DNA from: an uncultured virus (IMG/VR IMGVR_UViG_3300027754_002682)
Taxonomy: Duplodnaviria; Heunggongvirae; Uroviricota; Caudoviricetes
Length of the DNA: 64,000 nt
Direction: 5' to 3' (one strand)
Virus record (IMG/VR): IMGVR_UViG_3300027754_002682
Under the pieces are notes generated by a model. It worked only from the letters and a program-made list of their open reading frames with translations, was not told the origin of the DNA and searched no databases. Both the position numbers and the translations under genes were made by a program. Shown here in pieces: positions 1 to 10,892 of the stretch (its first letter is position 1; each line of letters opens with the position of its first letter).

Positions 1-62
1 TCATATCCTTTCCAACAAGGATTTTCCATTTCTTTTAACGGAATTAAATTAATTAGTCTCAT
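1..62 (-). CDS. Partial CDS running off the window edge (MRLINLIPLKEMENPCWKGY...), possible head-associated protein
   Basis: Manual translation from ATG at 62; preceded by ATATTTAT motif (82-89); PCWKGY-type motif recalled from T4-like phage proteins. Confidence 0.6.
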   Translation of the reverse strand, partial: MRLINLIPLKEMENPCWKGY

Positions 63-93
63 ATTACAATAGTTTCAACATATAAATATATAA

Positions 94-1701
94 TTATCCC
101 AATAACCAAGTTAAATTTTCTACTCCCTTTTTACCCATATCCATTTCATACGGATTTTGTTTAAGATGTCCTGATGCAACAAATCCGGTATATTGACTTA
201 CCTGTGTTGAATTTAACATCGTTTTTGTTAAATCAATACCTTCTTGTTTCAAACGAAGTGCTGTATTACGAACCCATAGGCCAATTGCCAATGCCATTGT
301 TAAGTCATCATTATATCCTTTCATTGCTTCGGCTCTACCACCACTCCAAATAAATGTAAATAATTCATCTATAAGTCTTTGAGAACGAATTAAAATATCT
401 TTACCATTTATGTATGTGTCTAATGTAGAAATTATAAGTGGCCTTGTTTTTATCGTTGTTCCAAATCCTGCAACCAATTTCTTTTCGTCTCTATAAAACT
501 TATTAGACATTTGTTTTTCAACATCAATATATTTTAGGTCATTACTCATATAGAATAAATTACCATATCCTCTATCAATCACCTGTTGGATAGTTGCCCA
601 TCCTACATTTGAGTTTTCTATAATTAATAGTGCATTATTCCATTCTGTGGATACTGCTACTAAAAAGTTTCCAAAATCTTTTGTTTCAATTTTACCTCTA
701 TATTCTGCAACCTGTGAACTATCTTCAATATCAATAACTTGGAATGTAGAATAATCCGAACCATCACCTCTAGCGACATCGGCAACTACCATATATGCTC
801 TATTATAATTTGGATGTTCCCATTTCCAATAATTACCATCAAAGCCAGTTTTTTCAACCGGGTCCATTACATATGTGTCTTTATACCAAGTCAATAATGC
901 CGGGTCAATTACGGTATCACCCGAACCAACGAAGTCACAATCACATTCTTGTGAAGCACCTTTAACTCCCAATATTCGAGTTTGTTCGTCTCTCCATGCC
1001 TGATTTCTTTCTGGATGTTTTGTCCAATGTAAATTTATGCAATTAAATCCATTTGCACCACTTTCACCTTCTACCCACATTTTATGAAACCAATTACCCA
1101 CACCATTTGGAGTAGATAATACAATTGCAGAACCACCTGTTGATAATGTTGATTGTGCAGATAACCAAATTTCATCAATATCTCTAATAAATGCGGCTTC
1201 ATCTACTATCAACAATGACAATGCTTCCGAACGACCTGCGTCTGGAGAACTTGCGATTGCTTTTACTTGTGAACCATTTTTTAATTTAAGGGAAAGTTTG
1301 TTATCTTCTACCGAACTATTACCACCATCTCTTAACCAAACAGGAAGTAAGTCGTGCATCACTCTTACTTTTTCAACTAAGTTTTTTGCTACAGTTACTT
1401 TTGTTGCAATAACCAATGCATTAAAGTCTTGATTGAATAACATCTTCCATAAAATAAATCCTGCAGATAATGTTGATAACCCCAATTGACGAGATTTAAG
1501 AATAATATTTAAACGATTATCTTTAAAGTCAGTTAAACAATCTTCCTGAAATGGGAAAAGGTGAAAGGGTATTTTACCTCTCACCGGATGCTGAATAATA
1601 CAATACTTCTTCATAAAGTAAATGGGGTCTAACGCACATTTACGATATTCTTCAGCTATTATTTCTTTTAATGTTTTCTTAGGTTGCCCTTGAACTCCCA
1701 T
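94..1701 (-). CDS. terL: Terminase large subunit (T4 gp17-like)
   Basis: Walker A ILKSRQLGLST, Walker B LLIVDEAAF, coupling motif STPNG, nuclease VVADVARG...D...NDD. Confidence 0.95.
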   Translation of the reverse strand: MGVQGQPKKTLKEIIAEEYRKCALDPIYFMKKYCIIQHPVRGKIPFHLFPFQEDCLTDFKDNRLNIILKSRQLGLSTLSAGFILWKMLFNQDFNALVIATKVTVAKNLVEKVRVMHDLLPVWLRDGGNSSVEDNKLSLKLKNGSQVKAIASSPDAGRSEALSLLIVDEAAFIRDIDEIWLSAQSTLSTGGSAIVLSTPNGVGNWFHKMWVEGESGANGFNCINLHWTKHPERNQAWRDEQTRILGVKGASQECDCDFVGSGDTVIDPALLTWYKDTYVMDPVEKTGFDGNYWKWEHPNYNRAYMVVADVARGDGSDYSTFQVIDIEDSSQVAEYRGKIETKDFGNFLVAVSTEWNNALLIIENSNVGWATIQQVIDRGYGNLFYMSNDLKYIDVEKQMSNKFYRDEKKLVAGFGTTIKTRPLIISTLDTYINGKDILIRSQRLIDELFTFIWSGGRAEAMKGYNDDLTMALAIGLWVRNTALRLKQEGIDLTKTMLNSTQVSQYTGFVASGHLKQNPYEMDMGKKGVENLTWLLG

Positions 1702-2342
1702 TATTTTTTAAGTTTCAATTTCCAATACACACCACCACCGATATAAGGTGACAATGCTCCACTTGTACCATCGGTTGTTCTATTTGCAACTCCCAATCCT
1801 AAATGGAACATCTTATCTTTTTTTGTATTAACTAAAACACCAAATCCTAAATGAGATACTACATCTGCTTTGTTAAATCCACCTTCAAAACCATAAAATA
1901 GTTTAGTCTTTGGTAATTCTTTTACAACTGTAGTTTCTTTAATAACTCTTTGTTTAACACTTGCATTAAATGTTCTACCTAATATTTTGTTTTGAGTAAT
2001 CGTATCAATTAAAGATACGATACCTAAACTATCTGGTAATTGTAATGTATCTTTATAAATGTTCTTTGCAAAATAGTCTTGTAATAAAGCTTGAGTATCT
2101 ACAATTGCAGGAATGGTCACTTCTTTAATTGTTTCATGATAAATATCTTCACCTTTTTTAGTTACTACCTTAGTCTTAACTACTTCAACAGTATCAATTT
2201 CATGTTTAATAAGTTCATATTTTTTACCATCTACTTTTATAATTTCACCTGTTTTCGTTTTGTCTCCACCACATTGTTGGAAAACTACTATTACAATTAA
2301 TAATGCTATTGCAATGTTTTTTAAATTTAATAATTTTTTCAT
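1701..2342 (-). CDS. Membrane-anchored protein with C-terminal amphipathic beta strands (spanin-like candidate)
   Basis: N-terminal hydrophobic helix ending FQQC; C-terminal alternating strands ending YIGGGVYWKL. Confidence 0.5.
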   Translation of the reverse strand: MKKLLNLKNIAIALLIVIVVFQQCGGDKTKTGEIIKVDGKKYELIKHEIDTVEVVKTKVVTKKGEDIYHETIKEVTIPAIVDTQALLQDYFAKNIYKDTLQLPDSLGIVSLIDTITQNKILGRTFNASVKQRVIKETTVVKELPKTKLFYGFEGGFNKADVVSHLGFGVLVNTKKDKMFHLGLGVANRTTDGTSGALSPYIGGGVYWKLKLKK

Positions 2343-2347
2343 ACTTT

Positions 2348-3016
2348 TTATTTTTTAACTAATTCTGGATGATTTAACTCAACCAATTTTTCTTCTAATA
2401 ATCTTTTTCTTTCTATTAATAATTCAATGGCCTCATATGCACCATCTATATCTTTTTTCAAATCCGTTTTTACTTTCTCAATATCAATATCCCATGTCCA
2501 CTTTTCAACTCTACCATCTTCTGTAACTTGTTCTATTTGTTGTTTAATACCTAACAAAGCTTCTTCATATTGTGCTTTTGTATCTCTAACAAATCCTAAT
2601 TTATTAAGAGTTATTTTATAATCTTCATAAAAAGGAAAAGTCCCATCCTCTTGAAGTTTTCTTTCTTGTTTAGCTAAACAAATAATACATAATCCGGTTT
2701 TACGAATTAATTTTTTATCAGCCATTGAAGGTTTGGTTGTTTGACATTCTGCATTACTACAAGTATTTAATTTATCTAAATACTTTCTAATGTCATCCAT
2801 TTGAGTAACTGCGGAGACAAATCCTTCTTTTTGTTCCCACTCTTTACCATCGTTGTCTGTCCACGTATCTCCTACTTCTCTTTTTTCTTTTACTTCACCA
2901 TCATAACCAAATACCCTTTGGTTATTATCTTGTCTTCCAAAAACCGTGTCAATGATGAGTTTACGAGATTTGTGCATCCCCTTTTGTTTTTCATCAAAAC
3001 TTTTTCTTTTTGCCAT
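2348..3016 (-). CDS. Hypothetical protein with putative Zn-binding Cys cluster and coiled coil
   Basis: 222-aa ORF; CSNAEC...CIIC. Confidence 0.7.
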   Translation of the reverse strand: MAKRKSFDEKQKGMHKSRKLIIDTVFGRQDNNQRVFGYDGEVKEKREVGDTWTDNDGKEWEQKEGFVSAVTQMDDIRKYLDKLNTCSNAECQTTKPSMADKKLIRKTGLCIICLAKQERKLQEDGTFPFYEDYKITLNKLGFVRDTKAQYEEALLGIKQQIEQVTEDGRVEKWTWDIDIEKVKTDLKKDIDGAYEAIELLIERKRLLEEKLVELNHPELVKK

Positions 3017-3063
3017 ACTAATCTTCCTTTTTGTAACTGTTTATTATTATAATATATATCAAA

Positions 3064-5688
3064 TTAAGAGTAAAAAATACCAAGTATTTGATTTAATGGT
3101 GCAAAAGTACCTGTAAGTTTATATGTTTTACCATTATAAACAAATACCAATCCTTCACTTGCTACTATCTTTTCAATACCACCCAATTTATTTAATCTTT
3201 CTAATTCTGATTTTAATTTTTGTATTTGTGCAGGATTTCCACCACTTCTAACTTGTGATGCAACAGATACAAATTTTTGTTTCATTGCTCTAATTGCTTT
3301 CTCAGGGTGAACTGTTAATACACTACCAACAAATTCTAAAACATCTGCACCTACACCTAAAAATATTTCTTCAAATGGTTTGATATTGTCTTTTTGTTGT
3401 TTTACAACATTTACTTTATCATTTGTAGTTGCCCACTTTTGTAATTCTAAATTTGATATTGTATTTAATCTAAATCCTTTATCACCAAATGCCCATCTTC
3501 TAATCAATGCTTCTTTTGTAAGTTTATCAATTTTAACAGGTGCGTTTGATGTAATCCACCAATCCCACCAACTTTGGTGATAGTCTGCGACATTATCCGA
3601 ATCACTTAATCCAAATTCTGATTGTAGTTTTTTAAGTCTTGATAAATACTTACCTTGCTTTGAACTTAAATCGTCTGATTTTGGTATTGATGTTATTGGA
3701 GGGCCTTGTATTGTGTATTTAGATTGAACATCTGCGTTGACTTGTTTAATCATTCCTGCCAAAGTTCCAGCTGTTCCACCATCTGCTCCAATTGCTACAC
3801 CTTTTTCATCATAACAGGTTGTATTATGAAATACTAAAAGAGCTTGACCATAAGGAATAACATTAACCGATGTAGGCCATATTACTTCCAAATTCATAAA
3901 ACACTTTCCTTCGTTGAATATCTTTTTTCTTTGTGTGTCGGATAAACCACTAATTGCTGCAGATAAATCTCTCATTGCAAAATTGTATGCATCTGTTAAA
4001 CCACCTCGACCACCGAACTTTGATGCAACATCTTCTATTCCCATTGCATTTGCCCCTGCGTTTGCTAAATTACCTTTATTTCTAGCTGCTATCAATCTAC
4101 CATTTTTCCAACTTATTGCTAAAGCTTGTCCGTCAGTTTTTTCTCTAACTACACCTAAATCACCATTAAGTGCTTTTGAAATAATATCTTTTAAATCACC
4201 AAATGTTAAATCCATATCATCAAACGGATGTGCCATATGTCCGTATGCTCCACCTTCTAAAATTAGAGATTCATTAATATTTTCTTTTTTTAAAGAATCA
4301 ATTTTTTTTCTAAGTTTATCTATTTCAATTCTAACTTTCATTTGAGATGGTGAATTGGGCATCATTTTAAGAGCTTTAGTATATAAAGATACTAATTCTT
4401 TTTCTAAATCATTGGTAGAACTTTCATCTATTTCATCTTTTTTGAATATATTTTGGCCTTTGTCTCCCAATCTAAATGTTGCCGCTTTCTTACCATTTAT
4501 TGTTGGCATTCCGTAGTCATCCTTTCCAATATCTTTTACAACAACTTTTTTGTTTTTGAATTTACCCATCAATACAGTATCACCTTTATCAACATCTATA
4601 TTAATACTTTCGTTGTATATTTGTTTATTTATTTTACCATAGTTTCTCATTAAGATACCGGCTACTGCATGAGCTTGGTTTTCAATTGGAGAACCTGTTG
4701 CACCATCTTTGATTTCATCTTTTACCAAACCCAACTCATCTTGCTTTCTATGAACCATCTCATGCGCAAGTGTTCTAAGTATGTCCGCAGTTAATCTACC
4801 TTCTATTGCAACATATATTTCTTTAGACATAGGATTATACCCACCTAAAGAAGTTTTTGCTTCTGAATATTCTCTGCCACTTAACAAAGTAATTTTTGGT
4901 CTTTCGTTTAACTTTAATTTTTTAGTTGCATATTCTACAAAATGATTTATTGAGTTTTCTTTTGATTCAGAAATGCCTTCATTAAAATATTGTGTTATAA
5001 ATTCATTTACATCATTTTCAATTGCACCTATAATTTCGTTTTTAGAACCCGTTGGTGCACCATTAATATATCCACCAGGTAAAACTAAACCAATACCAAT
5101 TCCACCTGGCATACCATCTTCATTTAATTTTGAAGTAATCATTTTGAAAATATCTTTATCAAATGATGGATATGCTTTTAAGAAAAACTTTTTAGCTACT
5201 TCTTTATTTGAACTTCCTAATTTTTTTCTAACATCGGTTCCACTTATTGGATTTTGTTCCGAAGGTACTGTGTAGTAATAACCAACTTCATCATAACCAT
5301 ATCCTGCTTTACCTTTGTATGGTTTAAAATATGGACTCTTTAATCTACTGGCATCCTTTTCTCCGACTGCTGCAATATATTGTGTAATCTTACCATCGTA
5401 TTTAGAAAGTATCTCAATAGGTCTGTATGGGTTATTTACTTTGATAAATTTAGTTACTGGTACTCCAAACATCTTAGTTGCAATTTCTTTTTTCTCTTTA
5501 AATGTAAAAGGAGATTTGTCCGAACTTGTATCATTAGAAGTTCCAATATATACATTTGCTTTTCCAAATTCAGAAACTAAATTTTGGTAAGCTGCGTAAT
5601 GTCCTTTATGAAATGGTTGAAAACGACCACCATAAATGATTATTGATTGTGTAACTTTTGGTTTATTTGCTTCTAATAATGAATTCAT
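3064..5688 (-). CDS. Multi-domain protein: HxGH nucleotidyltransferase-like + HExxH zincin-like + ligase-fold C-terminal domain
   Basis: GGRFQPFHKGH and ISGT; TLAHEMVH; EKTDG...EGLVF...YKL. Confidence 0.7.
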   Translation of the reverse strand: MNSLLEANKPKVTQSIIIYGGRFQPFHKGHYAAYQNLVSEFGKANVYIGTSNDTSSDKSPFTFKEKKEIATKMFGVPVTKFIKVNNPYRPIEILSKYDGKITQYIAAVGEKDASRLKSPYFKPYKGKAGYGYDEVGYYYTVPSEQNPISGTDVRKKLGSSNKEVAKKFFLKAYPSFDKDIFKMITSKLNEDGMPGGIGIGLVLPGGYINGAPTGSKNEIIGAIENDVNEFITQYFNEGISESKENSINHFVEYATKKLKLNERPKITLLSGREYSEAKTSLGGYNPMSKEIYVAIEGRLTADILRTLAHEMVHRKQDELGLVKDEIKDGATGSPIENQAHAVAGILMRNYGKINKQIYNESINIDVDKGDTVLMGKFKNKKVVVKDIGKDDYGMPTINGKKAATFRLGDKGQNIFKKDEIDESSTNDLEKELVSLYTKALKMMPNSPSQMKVRIEIDKLRKKIDSLKKENINESLILEGGAYGHMAHPFDDMDLTFGDLKDIISKALNGDLGVVREKTDGQALAISWKNGRLIAARNKGNLANAGANAMGIEDVASKFGGRGGLTDAYNFAMRDLSAAISGLSDTQRKKIFNEGKCFMNLEVIWPTSVNVIPYGQALLVFHNTTCYDEKGVAIGADGGTAGTLAGMIKQVNADVQSKYTIQGPPITSIPKSDDLSSKQGKYLSRLKKLQSEFGLSDSDNVADYHQSWWDWWITSNAPVKIDKLTKEALIRRWAFGDKGFRLNTISNLELQKWATTNDKVNVVKQQKDNIKPFEEIFLGVGADVLEFVGSVLTVHPEKAIRAMKQKFVSVASQVRSGGNPAQIQKLKSELERLNKLGGIEKIVASEGLVFVYNGKTYKLTGTFAPLNQILGIFYS

Positions 5689-5702
5689 GTGTATAAATAT
5701 AA

Positions 5703-7157
5703 TTAAATCAAACTCTCAGTAATTTCGAACTTACCATCTAATAAAAAATTCAAAATTAATTTCATTTCTTCATTGTTTTGTAACGAACCCCAACTTTTAC
5801 GACCGTAATCTATAAATAACCTTTGATTATATAAACATATATCTTTTACATTATTCAAAAATTCATCCTTTTCTTCTTTTGTTTTTGCTGAAAATTTATC
5901 TATTTCCGTTTGAATCATTCTTAACCTTGCAAAGTCATCATATTCCATATCATAACTTTCGTCAATATATGGATGGAATGTTTTATATCCAAATCTTTCT
6001 CTAATATGTTCTAAAGATTTTGCTGGGCCTGCTAATATAAATGGTTGACAATGACCAATTGGTTTCCAAACTTTTTCTGAAAGATACCCTGTTGGAAAAT
6101 TTACAAAAATATCATCAGAATTTTTAGATTGAAAAAATACTGATTCCGTAACGATACTCATATATGTATCTAAATAAATGTCTTTGTTTTCAAAACCAAA
6201 TCCTGCAATTTTAGTTAAATCATCTATATCCAATAAAGATGATGTTTCACTAATTAATTTTGCAAATTCAGTATTATTATCATGTTTTAATAATTCTTCT
6301 ATTGGATTTGGATGGTAAAATTTATTATCCCAAGATACTAAACTCTTATCTAATCCTAATTTATGAAGATGTGATAATAATAACAATCTATGTAATTTCC
6401 AATGTCTGGATAATAATAAAAAATCTTTTTTATCTTTTCCAATACTATCTTCAAATTCTTTGGAAGTTACAACCGTTGATACTTTTGATTCTATTTTACC
6501 AACCTGTGCTTCGTGTGAATTTTCTCCCCAATATTTGAAATTAGGATTATTAATAATATTATTAAATTCTTGTGATTTTGCTACCATATTTAAACTATAA
6601 TCGGCAACTTTATATTTTAATCCTAATTTTTCAAAATTTCTTTTTAATTTAAAATCAGCAAATAAGAAATATACCTTTTCTTCTGGTATTTCATTGTCTC
6701 TGATGAATTTTATAATTCTTTCAAAATTTTCAATTAAAAACCCTTCTCCACCATCAATAATATAATTAAAAAATAATTTACCATTACCATTTTTAATTTC
6801 ACTTATTGCAGCTTTAGACATAAAATTTAAACCAAATTCGTGTACAGGATGATTTCCAAAAAATTGTTCTAAATTTGCAAATGGTTCAATAATATAAAAC
6901 CAATTATAATTAATACCATTTCTTCTATCTTCTTTTATTTGAGATATTGATTTTTTAGTAGTTACCTTTTCATAAAAATTACTATTATACACGGGCCAAT
7001 CACAATTCCATCTCTTAGAAAAGAATTCACCTGACATAGAAAAATCAAAATCAGATGCTGTGTATATTGTACTTAAAAATTTTGGATTTAAACAATTTGG
7101 TATTTCACCATTATAAGTCATTATATCATAACCAAATATTAATTTATTTTTTATCAT
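5703..7157 (-). CDS. Putative glycosyltransferase (GT10-like motif), paralogue 1
   Basis: SIVTES...YLSEKVWKPI...PFIL...IDESYD shared with 8248 and 14027 ORFs. Confidence 0.5.
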   Translation of the reverse strand: MIKNKLIFGYDIMTYNGEIPNCLNPKFLSTIYTASDFDFSMSGEFFSKRWNCDWPVYNSNFYEKVTTKKSISQIKEDRRNGINYNWFYIIEPFANLEQFFGNHPVHEFGLNFMSKAAISEIKNGNGKLFFNYIIDGGEGFLIENFERIIKFIRDNEIPEEKVYFLFADFKLKRNFEKLGLKYKVADYSLNMVAKSQEFNNIINNPNFKYWGENSHEAQVGKIESKVSTVVTSKEFEDSIGKDKKDFLLLSRHWKLHRLLLLSHLHKLGLDKSLVSWDNKFYHPNPIEELLKHDNNTEFAKLISETSSLLDIDDLTKIAGFGFENKDIYLDTYMSIVTESVFFQSKNSDDIFVNFPTGYLSEKVWKPIGHCQPFILAGPAKSLEHIRERFGYKTFHPYIDESYDMEYDDFARLRMIQTEIDKFSAKTKEEKDEFLNNVKDICLYNQRLFIDYGRKSWGSLQNNEEMKLILNFLLDGKFEITESLI

Positions 7158-8263
7158 ATCATTTTTTTATGTGGTTTACCTAAGAAATCTACTAACACTT
7201 CTTGTACAAATTTTTTATTCATATATGGTGCAGTATGTTGCCAATAATTATTTGTTTCAAAATGTTCCATTATGTCATCTTTTGTTCTAAATCCGTTATC
7301 CCATTTTGTTCTATATTCTTGCCAAATTATATTCGGTATATCATCGTTATCCGATATTTCATCAAAATCATAAGTTTGTATAGACCATTCTACTTGTCCA
7401 CCAAATTTAGTAATACCATCTTTTTTATAAAACCAAAATTTATCAAAATCAATCATATCATATAACCATTTAATATGTGGTTTATTTTCAAATTGAATTT
7501 CGTTATCGGTTTTCCAAGTATTAGGAATAAATTTATCATATAAAACATGCCACCCTTGTGATTTTTTACTATTAATTGGTGCAAATTTTGGAAATAAATC
7601 ATCTTTTATATAATCAAATGATAAATTATTATGCATATTAAAAAAAATATATTCTATACCATTTGCTTTACAAAATGATTGAACAAGTAATATTGATTGG
7701 AAAAATTGAATCATTCTTTCATCGGCTGAGAAAATGTGTTCTACATAATCATCAAAAAATTCTTTAGCTTTTGTTGTAACGTGGTCACAATGATATCCAC
7801 CCGATAACACATAATATCCATGTTCTCCAGGATATAATTTTTCATCGTCTATAAAATCATTTATATGAGCAAAAGATTCATTAATAGGATGTGTATCTTT
7901 ATCTCTTTCTTTTATAAAATTTTTATTTAAAAAATAATTATTTTTGTGTTGTTTATCTTTTGATATAAAAAATGAACTTCTTGCCCAACCCGACCATTGA
8001 ACCATTACTTTTATATCTTTTGGATTAATTCCTTCTTTTAATAATTTATCAATACCATATAATGTAGATTTTGCAATAACTTCATTATCATTTGTTGGGC
8101 AACCATAATTTATTACTTTATATTCTGGGTATTCTTTTTGTATAAAGTGTGGCCATTTCCATTGAGAAATAGAATCTTCCATGAAATCTTCTGCAGTACC
8201 TGAAATGCCAATTCTTCTAAATTGTCTTGTAAAAGAACAACCATTTGTTATAATGTGTTCCAT
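7154..8263 (-). CDS. SGNH/GDSL-like protein (possible glycan acyltransferase/esterase)
   Basis: IITNGCSFT block I, W-P, N-G block II, VQWS, C-terminal His. Confidence 0.6.
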   Translation of the reverse strand: MEHIITNGCSFTRQFRRIGISGTAEDFMEDSISQWKWPHFIQKEYPEYKVINYGCPTNDNEVIAKSTLYGIDKLLKEGINPKDIKVMVQWSGWARSSFFISKDKQHKNNYFLNKNFIKERDKDTHPINESFAHINDFIDDEKLYPGEHGYYVLSGGYHCDHVTTKAKEFFDDYVEHIFSADERMIQFFQSILLVQSFCKANGIEYIFFNMHNNLSFDYIKDDLFPKFAPINSKKSQGWHVLYDKFIPNTWKTDNEIQFENKPHIKWLYDMIDFDKFWFYKKDGITKFGGQVEWSIQTYDFDEISDNDDIPNIIWQEYRTKWDNGFRTKDDIMEHFETNNYWQHTAPYMNKKFVQEVLVDFLGKPHKKMI

Positions 8264-9432
8264 ATGTCATTTATTGATTTAATATACACATCATTTAACA
8301 TAACATTATAGTTTGTTTTTGAAAATTGACTATAATCTTTATTAAATTCTTTTAATTCCGATGTAGTCATATTCATAATTTTTTTTGTAAAGTTTTCTAC
8401 CTGTCTTAATCTATCTTCCGCATCTTCTATTGAATCATAATCATAGTTCCAAAAATCATATCTGTATTTTAATCCTCTATCCTCTAATAGTTTAATAGTA
8501 TTTTGCTTTGCTATTAAAATAAATGGATGTGATAACATTGTTGGTTTTATTGTTTTTTCCGAAATGTTATTCCATGTTTTAAATGTTTTTTTAGAACCTC
8601 CTTTACCTGTTGTTTCGTGAAATCTGGTTTCTGCAACAATTTCAAAAGTAGTATCCAAATATGTTACTAAATTTATTTGGCCACCTCTTGAATTATATAC
8701 ATCTTTACTAAATAAATTAAAATCAATTCTTTTTGGTAATAATTTTAATACTTCAAACGAATTAAATTCAGTTTCAAATTCTTGTGGAACGAAGTCTCCA
8801 AATATCGGTTTATCAAAATCAGGACTAGTTGATGACCATATTATTTCATCTAAAAAATTATTTTGATATAAAAATTCTAAAAATTTTACTTTATGAAATC
8901 TTGTATGCCCCGGATAATAAAATGCTTTATATTTTGGCCAAAAGATAGTTTGAGATTCTTTTATTCGTTTATATGCTAATATATTTCTTGGAATTTCAGT
9001 ACCCTCTCTTATATGATGATAAAACAAAACTTCAAAATATAAATGATTATCTTTATTTTGAATTAAATTTTTTGAAATAACATAACATTCCTTATTTGTT
9101 AAATTTTCTATTTGAGCAATTGAGTTATCGTCTATTTCTTGTTCATCGTATGTAGAAAAATCAAAAAATATAGATTTACAATTTACTACATCTATAAATA
9201 ATTTTAACTTAGTTAAAAATAAATCCGTTGCATCTACCACATCAATCGTAATGATTAAATTGGTATTTGAATCTATATCATCAAATTTTATTAAATCTAT
9301 TTTATTGTAAATAGTTAAAGAACTAACTAACTCACTATGGTCATGATTTGGTTGTATATCTTTTACAACTTCATATATAAATCCATCAGGCGTATACTTT
9401 CTTAAAAACTTTACAAAACAACATTTTTTCAT
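8248..9432 (-). CDS. Putative glycosyltransferase (GT10-like motif), paralogue 2
   Basis: EIVAET...ISEKTIKP...HPFIL...YD. Confidence 0.5.
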   Translation of the reverse strand: MKKCCFVKFLRKYTPDGFIYEVVKDIQPNHDHSELVSSLTIYNKIDLIKFDDIDSNTNLIITIDVVDATDLFLTKLKLFIDVVNCKSIFFDFSTYDEQEIDDNSIAQIENLTNKECYVISKNLIQNKDNHLYFEVLFYHHIREGTEIPRNILAYKRIKESQTIFWPKYKAFYYPGHTRFHKVKFLEFLYQNNFLDEIIWSSTSPDFDKPIFGDFVPQEFETEFNSFEVLKLLPKRIDFNLFSKDVYNSRGGQINLVTYLDTTFEIVAETRFHETTGKGGSKKTFKTWNNISEKTIKPTMLSHPFILIAKQNTIKLLEDRGLKYRYDFWNYDYDSIEDAEDRLRQVENFTKKIMNMTTSELKEFNKDYSQFSKTNYNVMLNDVYIKSINDIWNTL

Positions 9433-9437
9433 AAAAA

Positions 9438-9569
9438 TTAAAAAGATTTATATACAAACGGGTCACGTTTTTTAAGTTCTTCTAATTTCTTTTTTAATCT
9501 TTTTTTCATTTGTTTTTGTTCATATTTTTTAACAAAGTATGAAATAATTGGTAATTCTTTAATTTTCAT
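9438..9569 (-). CDS. Small basic protein, 43 aa, not in ORF track (MKIKELPIIS...KKLEELKKRDPFVYKSF)
   Basis: Manual translation; fills the gap between co-oriented genes. Confidence 0.75.
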   Translation of the reverse strand: MKIKELPIISYFVKKYEQKQMKKRLKKKLEELKKRDPFVYKSF

Positions 9570-10362
9570 TTTTTATTTTTTTAAGTAAGTTATCAAATTG
9601 TTCAGTTCCAAATTTATCCCAGGGTATATTAAACATAGAATATGGTTTCCAATTTATTCCTGTGTTTATAAAATTGGATTCTGCAGTACTTCTGTCGTTT
9701 TTGTCTATTTCCGATTCTCTGGGGTTTGTTAATAATGTTTTTGTATAATCGGAAGTCATCCAAAAATAGTTGCCTGCATATGTTTCAATATTCGTTATCA
9801 TTGGTTCATTTAAAAATGTTCCAATAGTATTATATTCACCACTTTTTAATATATCTATACATTCTTCATTTTTTTCTATTAAATAATATTCCATTGTTCG
9901 TTTCCAATTAATGGTATTTTTTTCATAATTTATTCTATGTTTTTCATAATTAAATCTATCTGAGTCGTCTCTATTTAAATTATTTATATCAACATCAATG
10001 TGAGTATATTCGTGTGACGCACCTTTTGTATGTAAATATAAAATAAAATCATCTTTTGAAAATAATTCTCTATCTTTTATAATAAAATCCAATGTGGCCC
10101 ATTCTGTTGGCCGTATTTCTTCACTAATTATATAATCTCTTATTACATAATTTTCATTGGGTGGAAGTATTTCTTTTGATAACCAATCATATATCTCAGA
10201 ACTACAATCGTTCATTGATATTCTTCCCAGTCTATCTGGGGTTGTTATTACTATATTTACTTTTATTTTTGATTTAAAACTATTTTGAATATAATTAATT
10301 TGTTCCTTAACTATTTCGAAAGCATTTTTAAAAGCATATATGTGATAATATATGTGTACCAT
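9559..10362 (-). CDS. Hypothetical glycan-related protein (possible glycosyltransferase)
   Basis: HIYYHI, LYLHTKG, YAGNYFW motifs; cluster context. Confidence 0.45.
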   Translation of the reverse strand: MVHIYYHIYAFKNAFEIVKEQINYIQNSFKSKIKVNIVITTPDRLGRISMNDCSSEIYDWLSKEILPPNENYVIRDYIISEEIRPTEWATLDFIIKDRELFSKDDFILYLHTKGASHEYTHIDVDINNLNRDDSDRFNYEKHRINYEKNTINWKRTMEYYLIEKNEECIDILKSGEYNTIGTFLNEPMITNIETYAGNYFWMTSDYTKTLLTNPRESEIDKNDRSTAESNFINTGINWKPYSMFNIPWDKFGTEQFDNLLKKIKNEN

Positions 10363-10892
10363 TATTTATTGTATAATTCTGGATATTCTGCTAATATATG
10401 TATTCCACCTTCTTTTATAACATAATTATAAGATAATTCAACATCTTGCCATGTTTTTAAATCATGTATTTCTATATTTGGGCACATAGTTTTAAATTCA
10501 TTAATATAATTTGCTTTATGTTGATGTCCTGGGTCTAATGGTACATTCGCTCCCTTACCAACTCTAATAAGTATGTTAACTTTTTTACCAGTCATTAATT
10601 CATATTTGTCAACATGATTTATTAATTGGTTTGCTGCTGAAATAACAAAATCCCATCTTGGGTAAAATGAAATTACTGTTTTACCTGTAATTGCCAATCC
10701 TAAACTCATACCCATTTGTGTTTCTTCCATAACAGGAACTTCAATCATTTTTTCCTTTGGTACTTCTGTTAAAGTTGTACTCATAGGGTTACCGGCATAA
10801 ACTATTTGTTGTCCTATGAAAACAGTCTCATCCAATTTTGATAAAGTTGTCATTGCATTTGTAAGTGCAATTTTATATTCCGTTGGTTCCAT
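10362..10892 (-). CDS. TPP-dependent enzyme, E1-beta/transketolase pyrimidine-binding domain only
   Basis: FIGQ, EVPVMEETQMGMSLGLA, NQLINH, GHQH; 176 aa, no C-terminal domain. Confidence 0.85.
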   Translation of the reverse strand: MEPTEYKIALTNAMTTLSKLDETVFIGQQIVYAGNPMSTTLTEVPKEKMIEVPVMEETQMGMSLGLAITGKTVISFYPRWDFVISAANQLINHVDKYELMTGKKVNILIRVGKGANVPLDPGHQHKANYINEFKTMCPNIEIHDLKTWQDVELSYNYVIKEGGIHILAEYPELYNK

